A stretch of 47,959 nt of DNA, counting the filler, from Trypethelium eluteriae (lineage: Eukaryota), in assembly GCA_051942245.1 (NCBI GenBank). It is 2 parts of 2 records of this genome, joined end to end, with 100 filler letters (N's around TTAATTAATTAA, not from the genome) between each part and the next. Parts side by side here need not be neighbours in the genome. Positions count along the whole stretch, not along the records: positions 24,067 to 47,959 come from JAVECL010000411.1; 1 more part is not named here. One strand, 5' to 3'. How positions within the stretch are numbered: the first letter of the stretch is position 1; the number at the start of each line of letters is the position of its first letter. Made by a program: the position numbers and the translations under genes. Below the pieces are notes generated by a model. It was given only the letters and a program-made list of their open reading frames with translations. It had not been told where the DNA came from and did not search any database. Below are positions 24,067 to 36,039 of this stretch, in pieces.

Positions 24067-27000
24067 CCCCCCTCCTCTCCAACCTCGCAGGTCTCGGCTC
24101 CGTACTCATCATCGCCAGCCGCACCTGCAACAGCACGCTCTCGATCGTGTTCGCCGGGCTCCACCCACTATTCGTCAGCAACTCCATGCACATCGCGCCC
24201 CCCGCTGTCACATGCCCCCCGCCCCCGTGCAAGAAGGGCAGGAACCGCGGGCGGATGACGCGCACGAATGGCGGCGCGAGCGGGTAGCTTGGTGGGAATC
24301 GCAGCTCGCATACGACGCTGTCGAGACCGGCGCGCGCGAGGTCGGAGGCGAGTGGCAGGGCGGTGGGGAGGGAGTGCAGCTGTACGATCCATTGGTACAG
24401 GTTGTCGTCTAGTAGCGCGGAGTCGATGTGCCAGCCTAGCTCGTGCAAAGGGGTGCGCGACTGTAGTTTTAGTAGGATGCGCAGGTCGGTCTGCAGGCGC
24501 TTGGTGGCGGCTGGGGTGGCGTAGCTGGGTTCGGCGAGGAGCGGGAGGGTTTGTTTGTCGAGGCGGCCGGGGGTGAAGTCCATGACGTCGGGGGGTTTGG
24601 GCCGAGAGTGGGACTGGTTTTCTTTGGTGTTGCTGGCGCCGAGGAGGACGATGTCGTTGTCGTCCTCGTAGATCCCGTCGTTGTCGATGCAGATGGTGTT
24701 GGTGTCGTCGTCCTCTAAGATGGATCGGTCTTCGCTAAGTGTCGCAACGCTTGCGGCATCATCGTCATCCGAGCTGCCATCGATTAGGATGGGATCGACG
24801 GATGTGCCCTTCGCCTTTCCCTTCACATTTGCGGTTCCTTGCGTGGCGGTCCTCCTAGAAAGTGATACAGCGGTAGCCGGTATTACTATCTTGCCCGTCG
24901 TACCTGAAGGTGTCATATGCGGATCTTGCTGGTGCTCTTGTGATGGCAAAGATACATCCGGGATTGCCACGTGGGCTTTGCACTTGACGAATAGATATCG
25001 TGTTTGGATCCAATCAAGCTGTGCGACCACAAGGTGCGGAGATCGACTGACGAACTCCTTGGGGGCGTTGACAATTTCGTTCATAGAAAGCGCCGAAGTA
25101 ATCTTGAGCTCGCTTTGGGACCACCCTCTGAACGCAGACAACCCTCCGGACGTGTACGCATACGAGTACATGCCCGAATAGTTCATGCTGGTATTGATAT
25201 CCATGGAATGATAACACCCATCTCCGAAAGCCCTTCCATGGCTTGCCTGCTTGAAATGGAGACCTTCGCGAATGATAGAATGCCAATTCTGAAGAGGGGA
25301 TCCGTGCCAAGCGAATAGCGTTGGATATCTAAGCTCAAGGCGGTCAGCAGTCGACTTGACAGCATTTCGGAAGCGTTTCTCCTTGTCCGGTGCTCCCATG
25401 GCAAAGCGAAATTGCATCCAACCACCCATCCCATGCACACGATCTTCCATATTCCTGATCACAGAAGCTGATTCCTCGTCCGCTGCAGTCGTGGCGGCAT
25501 CGACCTGTACGATGCAGGCTCGGTTGGAGGCTATTATCCAACGTAAAATGCCGAGTGCTGTTGGTAATATTCGGGTGACCCAGTCCTTCAACTCGGCGGG
25601 ATTATTTCTGGTGAGATATTCCCTCATCTCTGAAGTTCTGGGCAAAGTATCAAGCATCCGGCAAATTGCTGAACAACGCTCAACGTTGGACAATTCATCG
25701 AAGTTTCGGTCATATTTGATGAATGAGGCGGGTACAAACCCTGATGTCCCTGCTGATGTAGTTGCAGCTGCCAAGGTCGGGTTCGAATTCTTTGTTTCTG
25801 CATCATTGTTGTCGTACTCTGACTTTGGGACAGACACCGGCTCCGAGAGCTTTACAACGGGGTAGAAGGCGGTTTCATCCACACGTAAATGAAGGGTTAC
25901 ATCTTTTGATAAGCTGTCAATGATGATCCACTCTCCTTTCCGAACTGGACAAGTCATCCCGTTGTCGAAGATCATCTCCAATTTATTTCGATCAAATCTC
26001 ATAGGGATACCCTCCGGGACCTTACTTGAGCCTGTCTCTGATTCACGTCGAGCAAATGGTCCACGAAGACCGTATCCTAAATCGGGTTCGGATGGTAGAG
26101 CTGGTAGACACGACGGCACGCTTAAGCTTAGACCCAGAGGAAAATCCTGCAACTGTAAGGATAGAGCCCGTGTGTAGCAAAAGCTGACGAGTAGGTCGAC
26201 GACGTGCGGCTGTGCGATGATCTCGTGTTCGATACTGGGGCCGAATCCAAGAGACATGTACTGATAGAGGCATAGTGGCTTGTCACAAACGTAGGGTTTA
26301 ATGGCCTCGAGGTCTTCCTGCAACTTGCAGTGGCACACGAGGCAGAATTCGGTGCACCGTACAACGTGTCGCAGCAAGAACTGCATCCCCGCGAGCGGCA
26401 GAGAGTGATCCTTGTCCTTTTCGAGAATGTGGTCATGGTACAGCAGTTCCGACAGGTCGCTCTTCATGGTATCTTCACCGAGATACTTTGCGTCCATCAC
26501 GTCAGCCCTGATCGCATTGGCGGCTTGATGATCGTCATAAAAAGCTTCTGCTCCTTCCCAACCTATCCCCTGGAACCTGTATCTTAAGATAGCTAGCAAG
26601 CGCTCGTTCAGAAGCTGGTTGAGTGGCTTGGATATGAAGATATTTTCGAAGCTGTTTGACTTTTCTTCGTCATCGGCCTCTGCCAGTCGACGCGATCCTT
26701 CGCTTGTGACGTTACTAAACGCTCGCAAGGCATTGAAGTGGCTCGGTTTATAGGTGCTGCTCTTGCCAACTCGCATCTCCAGCCGTTCACGGGCATGATA
26801 GGTGGTCCCATAGCCCATTAGATCGTTCAGAGAAGTATATCCATGAGGGTAGTGGATTAGGAGAATGAGGTAGTCTTTTCTGTCAAGCTGCCATGCCTGC
26901 ATCGCTTCATGGGAGACACCAAGCTTCGCAACCCGACACGAGATGCTGACGAAACAAGGTCCTCCTTCCATGATGCGGCCGTGCACGCCCACCTTAAAGC

Positions 27001-27544
27001 CTGTATCTTTCGCTGTTTGGAGATCAAGCTTTACTCGGGATCGATGTTCGGAGAGGGCCCGGGGCTCACTGAAGATAGTACTGTCTCGCGTGGATGTAAA
27101 GTTGTGGGCAGGGGCAGGTCCAATTCCCATACCCCAGTCATCCTCATTGTCAGATTCGAAGTCGTCTTCCTCGCTATCCTCCTCGACTTGGGAGTCTGGC
27201 ATGTACGTATCTCCATCCTGGTCCGCGTGTGCGAGTGCAAGGCTTCGAGAGACAATCTCTAGGAGCTGGCTGATGGACTTCCCGTTAATGTGCCGCAGTT
27301 CCTCCAAAGAAGTAGCGATTTCCGGCGGGGCATTCTCACCGGCAAAAACCATGAATGAGTGAGTGGCTGGATAGTCAGAGACGTCCGGGATCAGTACAGA
27401 GATAGAGACCGGTGGGAAGGTCGGACTGCTGTACAAGAAGCTGAACTGGCCGCTCTCATCGCCTGGAGCGATGTCGGTGATATCTGGGATAGCGTGGCCG
27501 ATTCGTACTTCTTCAAGATCGCGGAGATATTGTTTGCGAGGCAT
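24067..27544 (-). CDS. PARP6/8-like ADP-ribosyltransferase fused to a C-terminal UBE2Q-like ubiquitin-conjugating domain; truncated by the gap
   Basis: One open frame over 1150 aa. Cys motif CTEFCLVCH...KPYVCDKPLCLYQY as in PARP6/8; ART core FAWHGSPLQNWHSIIREGL...HGRAFGDGCYHS...IQTRYL; E2 domain ELRFPPSYPLAPPFVRVIRP...GGAMCMELLTNSGWS with catalytic Cys. Confidence 0.9.
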
Positions 27545-28106
27545 GTTTATCGCAGATCAGGTTGGTGCTATTAAAGTAGGGTGGTAGAAATGAAGACTCG
27601 AAGGAAGAGGGGTGTTGAGACAAACTTGCAACGACTGAGGACTTGAATGGGGACACGAAAAAATAGTACAGAACCTCGACCAAAGTGAGGTCCTTTATGG
27701 CGAGGACGTTGTCATGCAGAAGTCCCATCGAGTGGTGCTCACACTGGAAGAGAACTCGGAAAGTCCCCCGGCCTCACAGCATGCTTCGAGCAACTCCGGC
27801 GATCACACACGCGCGTCTAAGAAGCCAATCCTAAGCGCAGAGTGAATGAGAGCAAAGGAAAGAGGCAAGGGAAAGACAGAATTGCAAAACCCACATGCCA
27901 CCCACCTAGTTATGGCTACACAAGAATCAGGCACCGGTCCGGTTGCCTGCCTCTGTCACGGCGACGGTACATAAGGGATCTGCCTCGCCCCACCCCTCCA
28001 TCCTTCATCACCTTCATCACCTTCATCCACGACAGCGGACGTTAAGCAGGCGCCTCCGCTCCTCTGTGCCAGCATCTCGATGAAGCTGACGAAGGAGTGA
28101 TTGAGC

Positions 28107-28973
28107 ATGGCTGCCACTGCAAAAAGCGATTTTCGGCAGGCTGACCAACTAGCGACGCCGAACGCCCCGCAATTACTCGCCTTCCAGCAGCCCGTTTTTG
28201 ACCCTGCAGAATACCTCAACAAGACTCTCCCCTCGCTATTGCCATCCACCGCGCGTCCTCAGTCCTCGCGTGCATCGTCCGCCATTCCACTGAGCGATTT
28301 GTCCACTCAGACTCAATCTCTCCTCGCTCAGCTCAACGCCCAAACTTCACGGCTGTCCATCATCCTGACCCAATTGACGGATGAGATCCTCCGCACGGGA
28401 AGTCGACTAGCTTATGAGGTAGAGGTACTACGCGGGGATACAGTTAGCTTGTCAGACACCTTGGAAGAAACTCTTCGAACCGATGTTGCGAAGTTTCTCC
28501 CGGCTACAAACCCTACAGAAAGTCACGAAAATAACCATCGTCAGAATGTGACAGAGGAGAACAATGGCGTATCTAATAGCGCCGCTCGCCTCCCGTCGCA
28601 TATGGCTCAATTAAAGACGCTAACGCTAGTCCGAGAGCGACTCAATAGTGTAATCAAGGTCTTTGACGACGCCATGAAATGGGTGCTTCCGCCATCAGAA
28701 CTATCTATTGCGTCCTCGCTGATTTCCGTCTCAACACCGGGGCAGAATGCAGACGAGGCTGATCGTGAGCAGAAAGGTCGTGAGTTTGCTGAGACCATTC
28801 GGGGTGAGATCGAAGAGCTGGTGGCTGCTGGTACTACTGAAAATGCCATTGAGCGCATTGAAGCCTTGCGGACGCTATCACAGGTTTGGAAAGGGACAGC
28901 AGAGGAGAAGGCCAGGCTGAAGGTTCTAGACGGGCTTGTACGGTTTGCAGAGGAGAAAAGTCGGGGCCTTTGA
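28107..28973 (+). CDS. Conserved coiled-coil protein, probably a COG7-like tethering-complex subunit, 288 aa
   Basis: Intronless ORF with FDPAEYLN N-terminal motif, helical LTDEILR.GSRLAYEVEVLRG segment and a size close to short fungal Cog7. Family call is from memory only. Confidence 0.6.
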   Translation: MAATAKSDFRQADQLATPNAPQLLAFQQPVFDPAEYLNKTLPSLLPSTARPQSSRASSAIPLSDLSTQTQSLLAQLNAQTSRLSIILTQLTDEILRTGSRLAYEVEVLRGDTVSLSDTLEETLRTDVAKFLPATNPTESHENNHRQNVTEENNGVSNSAARLPSHMAQLKTLTLVRERLNSVIKVFDDAMKWVLPPSELSIASSLISVSTPGQNADEADREQKGREFAETIRGEIEELVAAGTTENAIERIEALRTLSQVWKGTAEEKARLKVLDGLVRFAEEKSRGL

Positions 28974-29348
28974 TACCACTCCATGCTCTTTCCAATGAGC
29001 AAAGAGTCCTTAGAGCCTAAGAAAAATGTCATAGTATGGTTGGCGGGACAGATAGCACATTGCAGCAAAGTCCGCAGAACCAATAATATTATCAAGCCAA
29101 GGGAGATGAGTCCTATTCGAGGCCAGAAGAGAGCAAATGATATGTAAGCTTTTATGCTCCTATAGTGAAAAGGATACTCTCCCAATGCTGGCACCATCCA
29201 GTTGCATCCTTCCGAGTATCGCCAAGTGTCTGATGCTATGCTATGAAAATGACGCCACAATCAAAATACCAACACCATTCTGGGAACAACCATGCTCTCA
29301 CATGCAGTGAAGCGGCCAGCAAAGCAGTATTGGTTATTTTTGGACGAT

Positions 29349-30148
29349 TCACCCATCCGCCTCTAAACTATCTCGGACGCATTTGCGAACTTTCTTTTTA
29401 AACTCCTTGGGCTCTTCGCGCCACTGTCTTGCTGCCTCCACATTCGCTGGGCTTTCGTCGTTCGGACTCGAGAGCATGCTGATGACGCTAAGGAGGATAG
29501 TTTCTGGTGTCTGGACAGGGCTCCATCTTTCGCTTGCACTTTCGTACCCGTACTGGTCCTCTTCTGGTGGGTGCAGAATGCTGATGCATACTTCGCCGTT
29601 CTCGTAAACTCGTGTCTTCGTCAGTCGGAGCGGTAATCTCTCTGTGAGTGGACGGATTGACGCCTACTCACTATTTGGATGCCATATCGGAGTTTCGAAC
29701 TTCATCTTCGGCGGCAGAAGTGGGTATTCTGACGGCTGATCGAATTAGGATTAGTCGTTCAGGCGCGACGTGATTTAGAGTTGCGGGAACGTACGAAAGT
29801 TAAACGTGCCCGGAAAAATCCTCCTACAAGACATGATTAGTCAAAGGATAATCATGATTCATGTTGGGCAATGGCGCTTGACACTTTTGCTCGGGTCAAG
29901 CTAGCTCGGATTCTTGAATCTTGAAAAGATCCTGTCCGGTGGTCTATGACTAGTGAGCTGAGCTGTGCGGGCCAGACGCACTCACCCCCGTAGTACTTGC
30001 AGTCGTCGCTGATCATGAGCATGACTTCCCACTCGAGGATGTTGTTCTCATGCAGACCACAGCTTATCCCCGGTATATCTTTGTCTGTCTGCATCTGCTT
30101 CAGCTGCCTTCCTAGCAGTGCCGCCGCTGCCGAAGTTCCCAATGCCAT
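29349..30148 (-). CDS. ubc15: Ubiquitin-conjugating enzyme E2, UBE2G1/Ubc15-like; introns 29824-29985, 29736-29794, 29609-29671
   Basis: Spliced product YYGGGFFRARLTFPSEYPLLPPKMKF...WHPNIYENGEVCISILHPPEEDQYGYESASERWSPVQ: HPN motif, catalytic Cys and the acidic loop of Ubc7/UBE2G/Cdc34-type E2s. Confidence 0.92.
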
Positions 30149-30682
30149 CCTCTCAATATCCTTTTCACGTATTCCTCAAGCCGATTAGGTTCGCGAAATT
30201 GTCAGGTGGTGTCGGAAAGAATGCGAAGGGTTTGCGGTGGAAAGGTATGATTCGGCTCCGGTAGTGTGAAAGCTTCACTCAGGATCGAGGCGATAGGCTG
30301 GAAGTCGGTGCCAGAAGTGACTATGATTTGGGGCGAAAGATAAAAATAGAAAGCGGGAAATAGTCAGAAGGGCTCAATTAATACTCTGGGAACTCTGGGG
30401 AAGAAGCTCGCTTTGCCTTGTGGACGCTCTCACGCTTTCTGCGGGGATCGCGGTACGGATAGTCTTATCGATAATCCCCTAGTGCCATGCATGCGCGCGG
30501 GATGATGTCGATGTCGTAGGGATTCTGCCAGAGGCGGTGTGAAGCTTTCCAAGCAACGTTTGGTTACGTTCAGAATGGATTAAGACTCAAAGATCATGAG
30601 AGAAATGCATGATGACTGGTACATCAAACCCTAAAATAAACCGACAGAACACGAATCGGCCCTTGAAGGCCATGAATTGCAG

Positions 30683-33188
30683 CTAATTCTGAAGACCCGC
30701 AATCTCCTGACGCAAGCTCCAAAGTGTACTAGTACCCAGACTTCTTTTGTTTTTGAGCGCCATTCTCCTTATTCGACAAAGCTCGACCTCGTTTGATCCT
30801 AGCGAATTTATACTCTCACAGGAATCGCGATCATTCCGCCGGCCCGACTTTGATGCCTTGCGCATGTGCTGCCAGATCTTGCGAGCCTTGTCTGGCGAAG
30901 TTCGTATCGGTGAGCCATTTGGACTTTCCGATGAGTACCTCATCGATTTCATTGACTTCATTGAGTGTAAGTCGTGTGGGTCCTCATTCTGACCAAATTG
31001 AGACGTGTCTGTGCTGATCGTGTTAAGCGAGTCTTGTTTGTACATGTAAGTCTCAACCGGTGTACGTCTGCTAGGCTCGTCTTCTTCCATGGGTGAATTC
31101 GAAAGAATGTTCCTTGTTTCTGAACCTGTCCCACTGTTTCCAATAGTGACTCGCTCAGGCGACGTGGTTTCGGGTCGCCTGTCATTAGGATTGCCATCTG
31201 GAGTTTTCTGACAGTGTTGAAACCGCAGCGGTAGATTCGTCGAGTCCGTGCAGTCTTGGCTCATGAATTGACTAGGTCTTCCCTGAATGTAGCTCAGTGG
31301 CAGACTCCAGTCAGACTCAGCGACTGAGCGACGTACTCTGCACGTCTTTCTGATACATATTTCACTATCCGCAGGGAATAGCGAGTGTCTGTAACCCACA
31401 TGGGCCGTGAAGAGTTCAGTTGTCGTCTCCCCAAGGAATTCTTCCAGATCCGCAATGAGATGATCCGAGTTCCTGAGCGCCCAGGCTTGTTCATCGCGTC
31501 CCGAGCATTTCTCAGTGCGAGCACTTTGTAATGCTGCTAATCTTGGAACCTTCACCTGTGCCAATATCGAAAATAACTGCCCGGCTCCAAGTAAATGGTG
31601 GGCCAGAGGTCCAATTGTTGTTTTGATTTCGCAATCACCTCTCTCTTCAAGCTGGACCGTCAAATTCTGAAGTTGTCCAAATCCGTCGTGCATTCTAGCA
31701 AACCGAATTATATTTTGCAAGTCTGTGCAAGGCTGTATAGTCTCACGATTAAAGGTATGTTGCTGAAGCTTGGCAAAAATGAGTTCTGGAGGCTCCTCAG
31801 TAGGACCAATTCTCAAATTATCGTTCCAAGGGCTGATGTGGTGATAAATCATTTCCGCCGGGCGAGCGTTCTGCTGAAGAGATTCGAGAGATTCAGGAGA
31901 CAAGAAAAAGGCGTGCCGAGGAGAAAGCGAGCCATGTTCAGTGGCTATATTGAGGAAATTGCTGATGATCTTCTGAAAGGCCCTCTGCACGCCCCTTGAA
32001 TCCGCTCGAGTACCAGTGGATGTTTTGCTGGTGGTCCTTTGCATAGCCAACAATCGATCTTGAACAATCTGCAAGTTTGGGTCCTCAAAAGGATAAAGCA
32101 GGTAATCTCGCCGGAATGGCAGGGCGGCACCGGCGAAGCGTGTGGTATAGTAGATGGACAATTTATCACCAGGGACATCTAATGCCAACGCAATCTGATA
32201 TGCCAACTGACAAGACCTTTCTAGGCATTCATTTGCTACGGACTTGCTATTTCATATATGAGCAAGCGCCTGACAGGTAGTGAGCGCGTTGATAGAACGT
32301 ACGAGTTGTCAATGATAACGAGACAATCAATAGCGCTTTTCTGTCGGGACAGCATTGCGGCAGGCTCGATATCGCAATGCGCTTGGACGTCGAGTTGCAC
32401 CCAGATATCTTGCTCACTGTCGAGATCGATACATTCTGGGTAAGACCTGGTAGCCACGTGTGCACTGAGTACGGGTGACTCTGGGAGGCTCAACTGTGGA
32501 GAGATAGTATGGAATGGCGTGACTCTGCGCGAGGTGAAGGATGCTGCAGATGGATGTGCATTGAGCTCCTGATTGGGACTCGGTAACGTCTCTGCAATAG
32601 ACTTGAGGGTCGTTCCCGTTCTGTGGAGGTCAGCTTCTGTCACTTATCGCAAAACTCGATCCGACATGGTACACTTTGGCTTAGCACATCTCAACAGAAG
32701 GCTTGGACTTGAAATGGAGAGAAGGAATCCTTAAATCCAATGGATGGCGAGTAACCTTGGCGTACTTACTTTGACAAAGAACTGGACCGCAAGATCTTCT
32801 CGAGCCTATCAATGCAGGTATCAACGCTGCTCAAGCTTGCTGTCCGCATGTCTTTGGACTGTTCTCGACTAGTCTCCAGGTCCCCCTCTCTAGGGCACGG
32901 CTCTGATCGTATGTTTAAATTGCTTCTCGACTTTACTGATAGGCCTCCTCTAACTTTGGAAAGCATGCGTTGTCGAACTGAAGGTTTTCGCTGCAGTTCT
33001 GGCTCTTCTTCATTTGTACCATCAAATGTTCGGATGGTGACGGTCGATTGATCGGTGGGGATTGGCAAATCTAAGCCGGCTTCCTTCGGTATAGGGCTCT
33101 TGTCTTCAACTTCATCTTGATGGTCCCCCAAAATGCCAAAGATTGGACGACTTTGGGCTGTTACCATGCTGATGTTTTCCTTCCCCAT
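30683..33188 (-). CDS. Uncharacterised protein with a divergent vWA-like domain; introns 32621-32769 and 32247-32302
   Basis: Three ORFs join in frame through GT-AG introns. Splicing creates IDCLVIIDNSKS (MIDAS-like DxSxS) followed by a helix and GDKLSIY. Start codon uncertain. Confidence 0.7.
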
Positions 33189-33787
33189 GCGCTTGACCTC
33201 ACGGCTCTTGGGAATCCTCAAAGTCGGGTTGTGATCTTATCACTTGATCAGAAGTGCATCGCAATCAGAGGCAGGTGACGTTACCTTTAACACTCAACGC
33301 TGACTTTGGGGAGCCTTTCTGTGACACGACCGGAGACATTCTGATCTAATGCTCCTTGCAAGGGACAGCAGATCCTGGCTGCTTGCGAAAGCTACGAGTA
33401 AAAGCCGTTAACGCTACTGATGCAAATTTTCTAATGTTAGTCTTCGCCACTGGAATATCAGGAGGACGGTATCTATGGTTAATATGAGAGAAACAATGGT
33501 TGCTCTTGATGGTCAGATCTTTGTCATATCAGAGGATAATAGTTACATGGAATATTGTCAAGAAAACGTGGTGCTCGATATGTATTACGCAGTAGAGTCG
33601 CCAGCCAGTTTCTCTTTGGGACCAGTGAGTCGTGGCGCTCCTGCCAACAGGCGTCTGAGTGGGTCAAGAAAAGGAAGGGGCAACTCAATCATCTGACGAG
33701 GCAAGTAAACGGCAGGGGCTCTGTCGCGGTATCTGCATCATTCTCAGGGATGCTGGGTGGTCAGTTAGAGGATATTAAACTGAGTTG

Positions 33788-34930
33788 TCACGGTTGAGAC
33801 CAGGGAGCCATTTCCTTGACTGCTGGTGAATCGATGTTGAGAAATTGTATCTTTGTCGACGTTAAGAAGCAATCTCAAATCAAGCGTCGTAGACTCACAA
33901 TGTCGTCTCCGACGCCAGTATGACCGTATAATACGGGGTCAGAAAGGCTCGACTGTATGCCTTTCCGCACTCTCTCTTCCCATACTCCATCCCAATTCCA
34001 TTCTCCGGGCCGACGTACTCTGGCCTCGGAGCCAGGCTCGCTTTGGCGAGAAGATCGGCTGGATGGTTGCATAGTACCGGTCCGTAGAGATCGATCGTCT
34101 CCTAATGCTTTCATGGGCGGAAAGCTCGTGCTTCGATATGTTTTCCATGCATGCCAGGCCTCAAGAATGTAAGCAAATATTTTAGTATGCTGTCCTTGGG
34201 ATACGAGACTCACCCCAGGATTTCCAGCAGCATTGAGGGCCAGAGAATCCAGGACAGATTCATCGGAGAATGCGGCTCGGAGGTATTCTAGAACCTCGGG
34301 TATAGGAACGGTCGCTTGCAATTGCGACAATCGCGTCTGCGTCACAATGGGGGCGGTAACTACATCTGCCGATGCGGAAGAGCTTGTTGGATGAGTGGAA
34401 GCACTGCTGGCTTCTGATGCTTCCATCCCAGGTGGTTCATGATACCACTTAGGAAAGCCATGGCGTAGACTGAACCCTCCAGGAGGCAATCTATGCTCAT
34501 CGCTTGCGCTCACAGTATCCGCCTCTGAAGATCCTGTGGTATACGTGTATGTGGTGAGCGGGGTAACCAATGGGTGAAAGATATCAGTCAAGAAAGTTAG
34601 GCCAGGTGGAGCTTCTGGGTAGTTTGGAGGAAAAGATATCTGGAATCGGAGTATTGCAGGAGCATACGGCCCAGTTCTACGTGGATCAGCTTGGACTTAC
34701 TCCCTGGATTGACTTAGATATCGTATAGTAGCCTTACTGAACAAAGAATACCCCGGACCATAGCGAGACTTCTGGTGTTAGACTCACGTAGATACCCTTG
34801 GGGCTAGCGTGTTTTATGCTCGCACTTGATTCTCTAATTAAACGACATTCAATCTCTTACAAAGGAGTACCACATACAATTCTGTAAGAACACGCTGCCT
34901 GCTGACGCTTCGGGGAGACTGACGTAACAT
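33788..34930 (-). CDS. FTS/AKTIP (crossbronx)-like E2-variant protein; introns 34825-34877, 34677-34737, 34160-34213, 33851-33898
   Basis: Spliced product VLTEFASIKHASPKGIYVSLTPEVSLWSGVFFVQTGPYAPAILRFQISFPPNYPEAPP.LTFLTDIFHPLV: E2 fold with HPL in place of HPN and no catalytic Cys downstream. Confidence 0.82.
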
Positions 34931-36039
34931 GCTCTATCGTTTGAAGGGGCGCGACGATCCACAACCAAGACGCGACTCCCAGAAGAATCACATGACTTTG
35001 ATGTCCAAGGTTCTGCTTATGAGACATCCAAGATGGGTGGTTGCGGTAACGTTTGCCGAAAGCTGGGCGAGAGTCTGGCGGTGTGCACGAAATTTCTGAG
35101 GTCAGAGCCGAACTTTGGTTGACTCGATGGCTCACTGCAGAATCCTACTAGTCTATCAGGTGATGAGATCTCGACGTCGACGTCGGCTCCTACACACGGG
35201 GAGTGCAACTCAAGACTGCATCAGAGATGCAAGGAAACCATGTCAAAAGCTTGCGCCTGTCGCAAATACGAGACAAATTTGGTCACACCATTAGCAAGAG
35301 CACGTTGTTGTCAATATGGCGTCCAATTCTCTACCCATTGTGAAAGTAGCCAGAGATCAAAATATTGAGCATGGCGGTGTGGTCCCAGGAACACCCGCTT
35401 CGTGCATGGTGGACAATCTTCGACCATGCTCAATTACCATCATAATGACCACATTTGCGACCCGCATGATGTTATTTTCATGCATGTGCGACCCCTGAGG
35501 TGATCATAAGGCAGACTGGATCCAAGGCGACATGATTGTTGCCTTTCACGGCAGTCAAATCACAAAGTCGCGCAACTTAAATCCAGCACAACTGATCACA
35601 TAAGAAAACTGTGTCTTGTCAGGCCCATCTTCAGGTGGTGCTAATGACAGATCGATTGCAACGACGGGGCGGCCGCGCCTACAGTTACTGTTCAACGGTT
35701 GACAGCAATTTAGCTCGATGCACTGTGACCGAAAGCTTGAGGTCAGCTCAGGAACCTGCATGCCTAAACCCAGCGCGCCCTAGGGGTGGAGCGCAGAATG
35801 ACGGCCAAGCACGGTCAGCTAGGTTCAGCTGTTTCGGAACACGGGCCCAAAAATTGAGGAGTACAACAATAGTTTTCTCCGGAGGATTGCGCGCCGGTAA
35901 CCAAGCAAAGAGGAACAGGTACGTGGGTTCCCAATAGTGACGTTCTGGATCTGCATGGCGCCATGAGCTCAACCAGCCTTTCGGGCTCACGCGCGATCAC
36001 GGGTCATCTCACGAACGCCACGTCGACCTTAATCCTACG

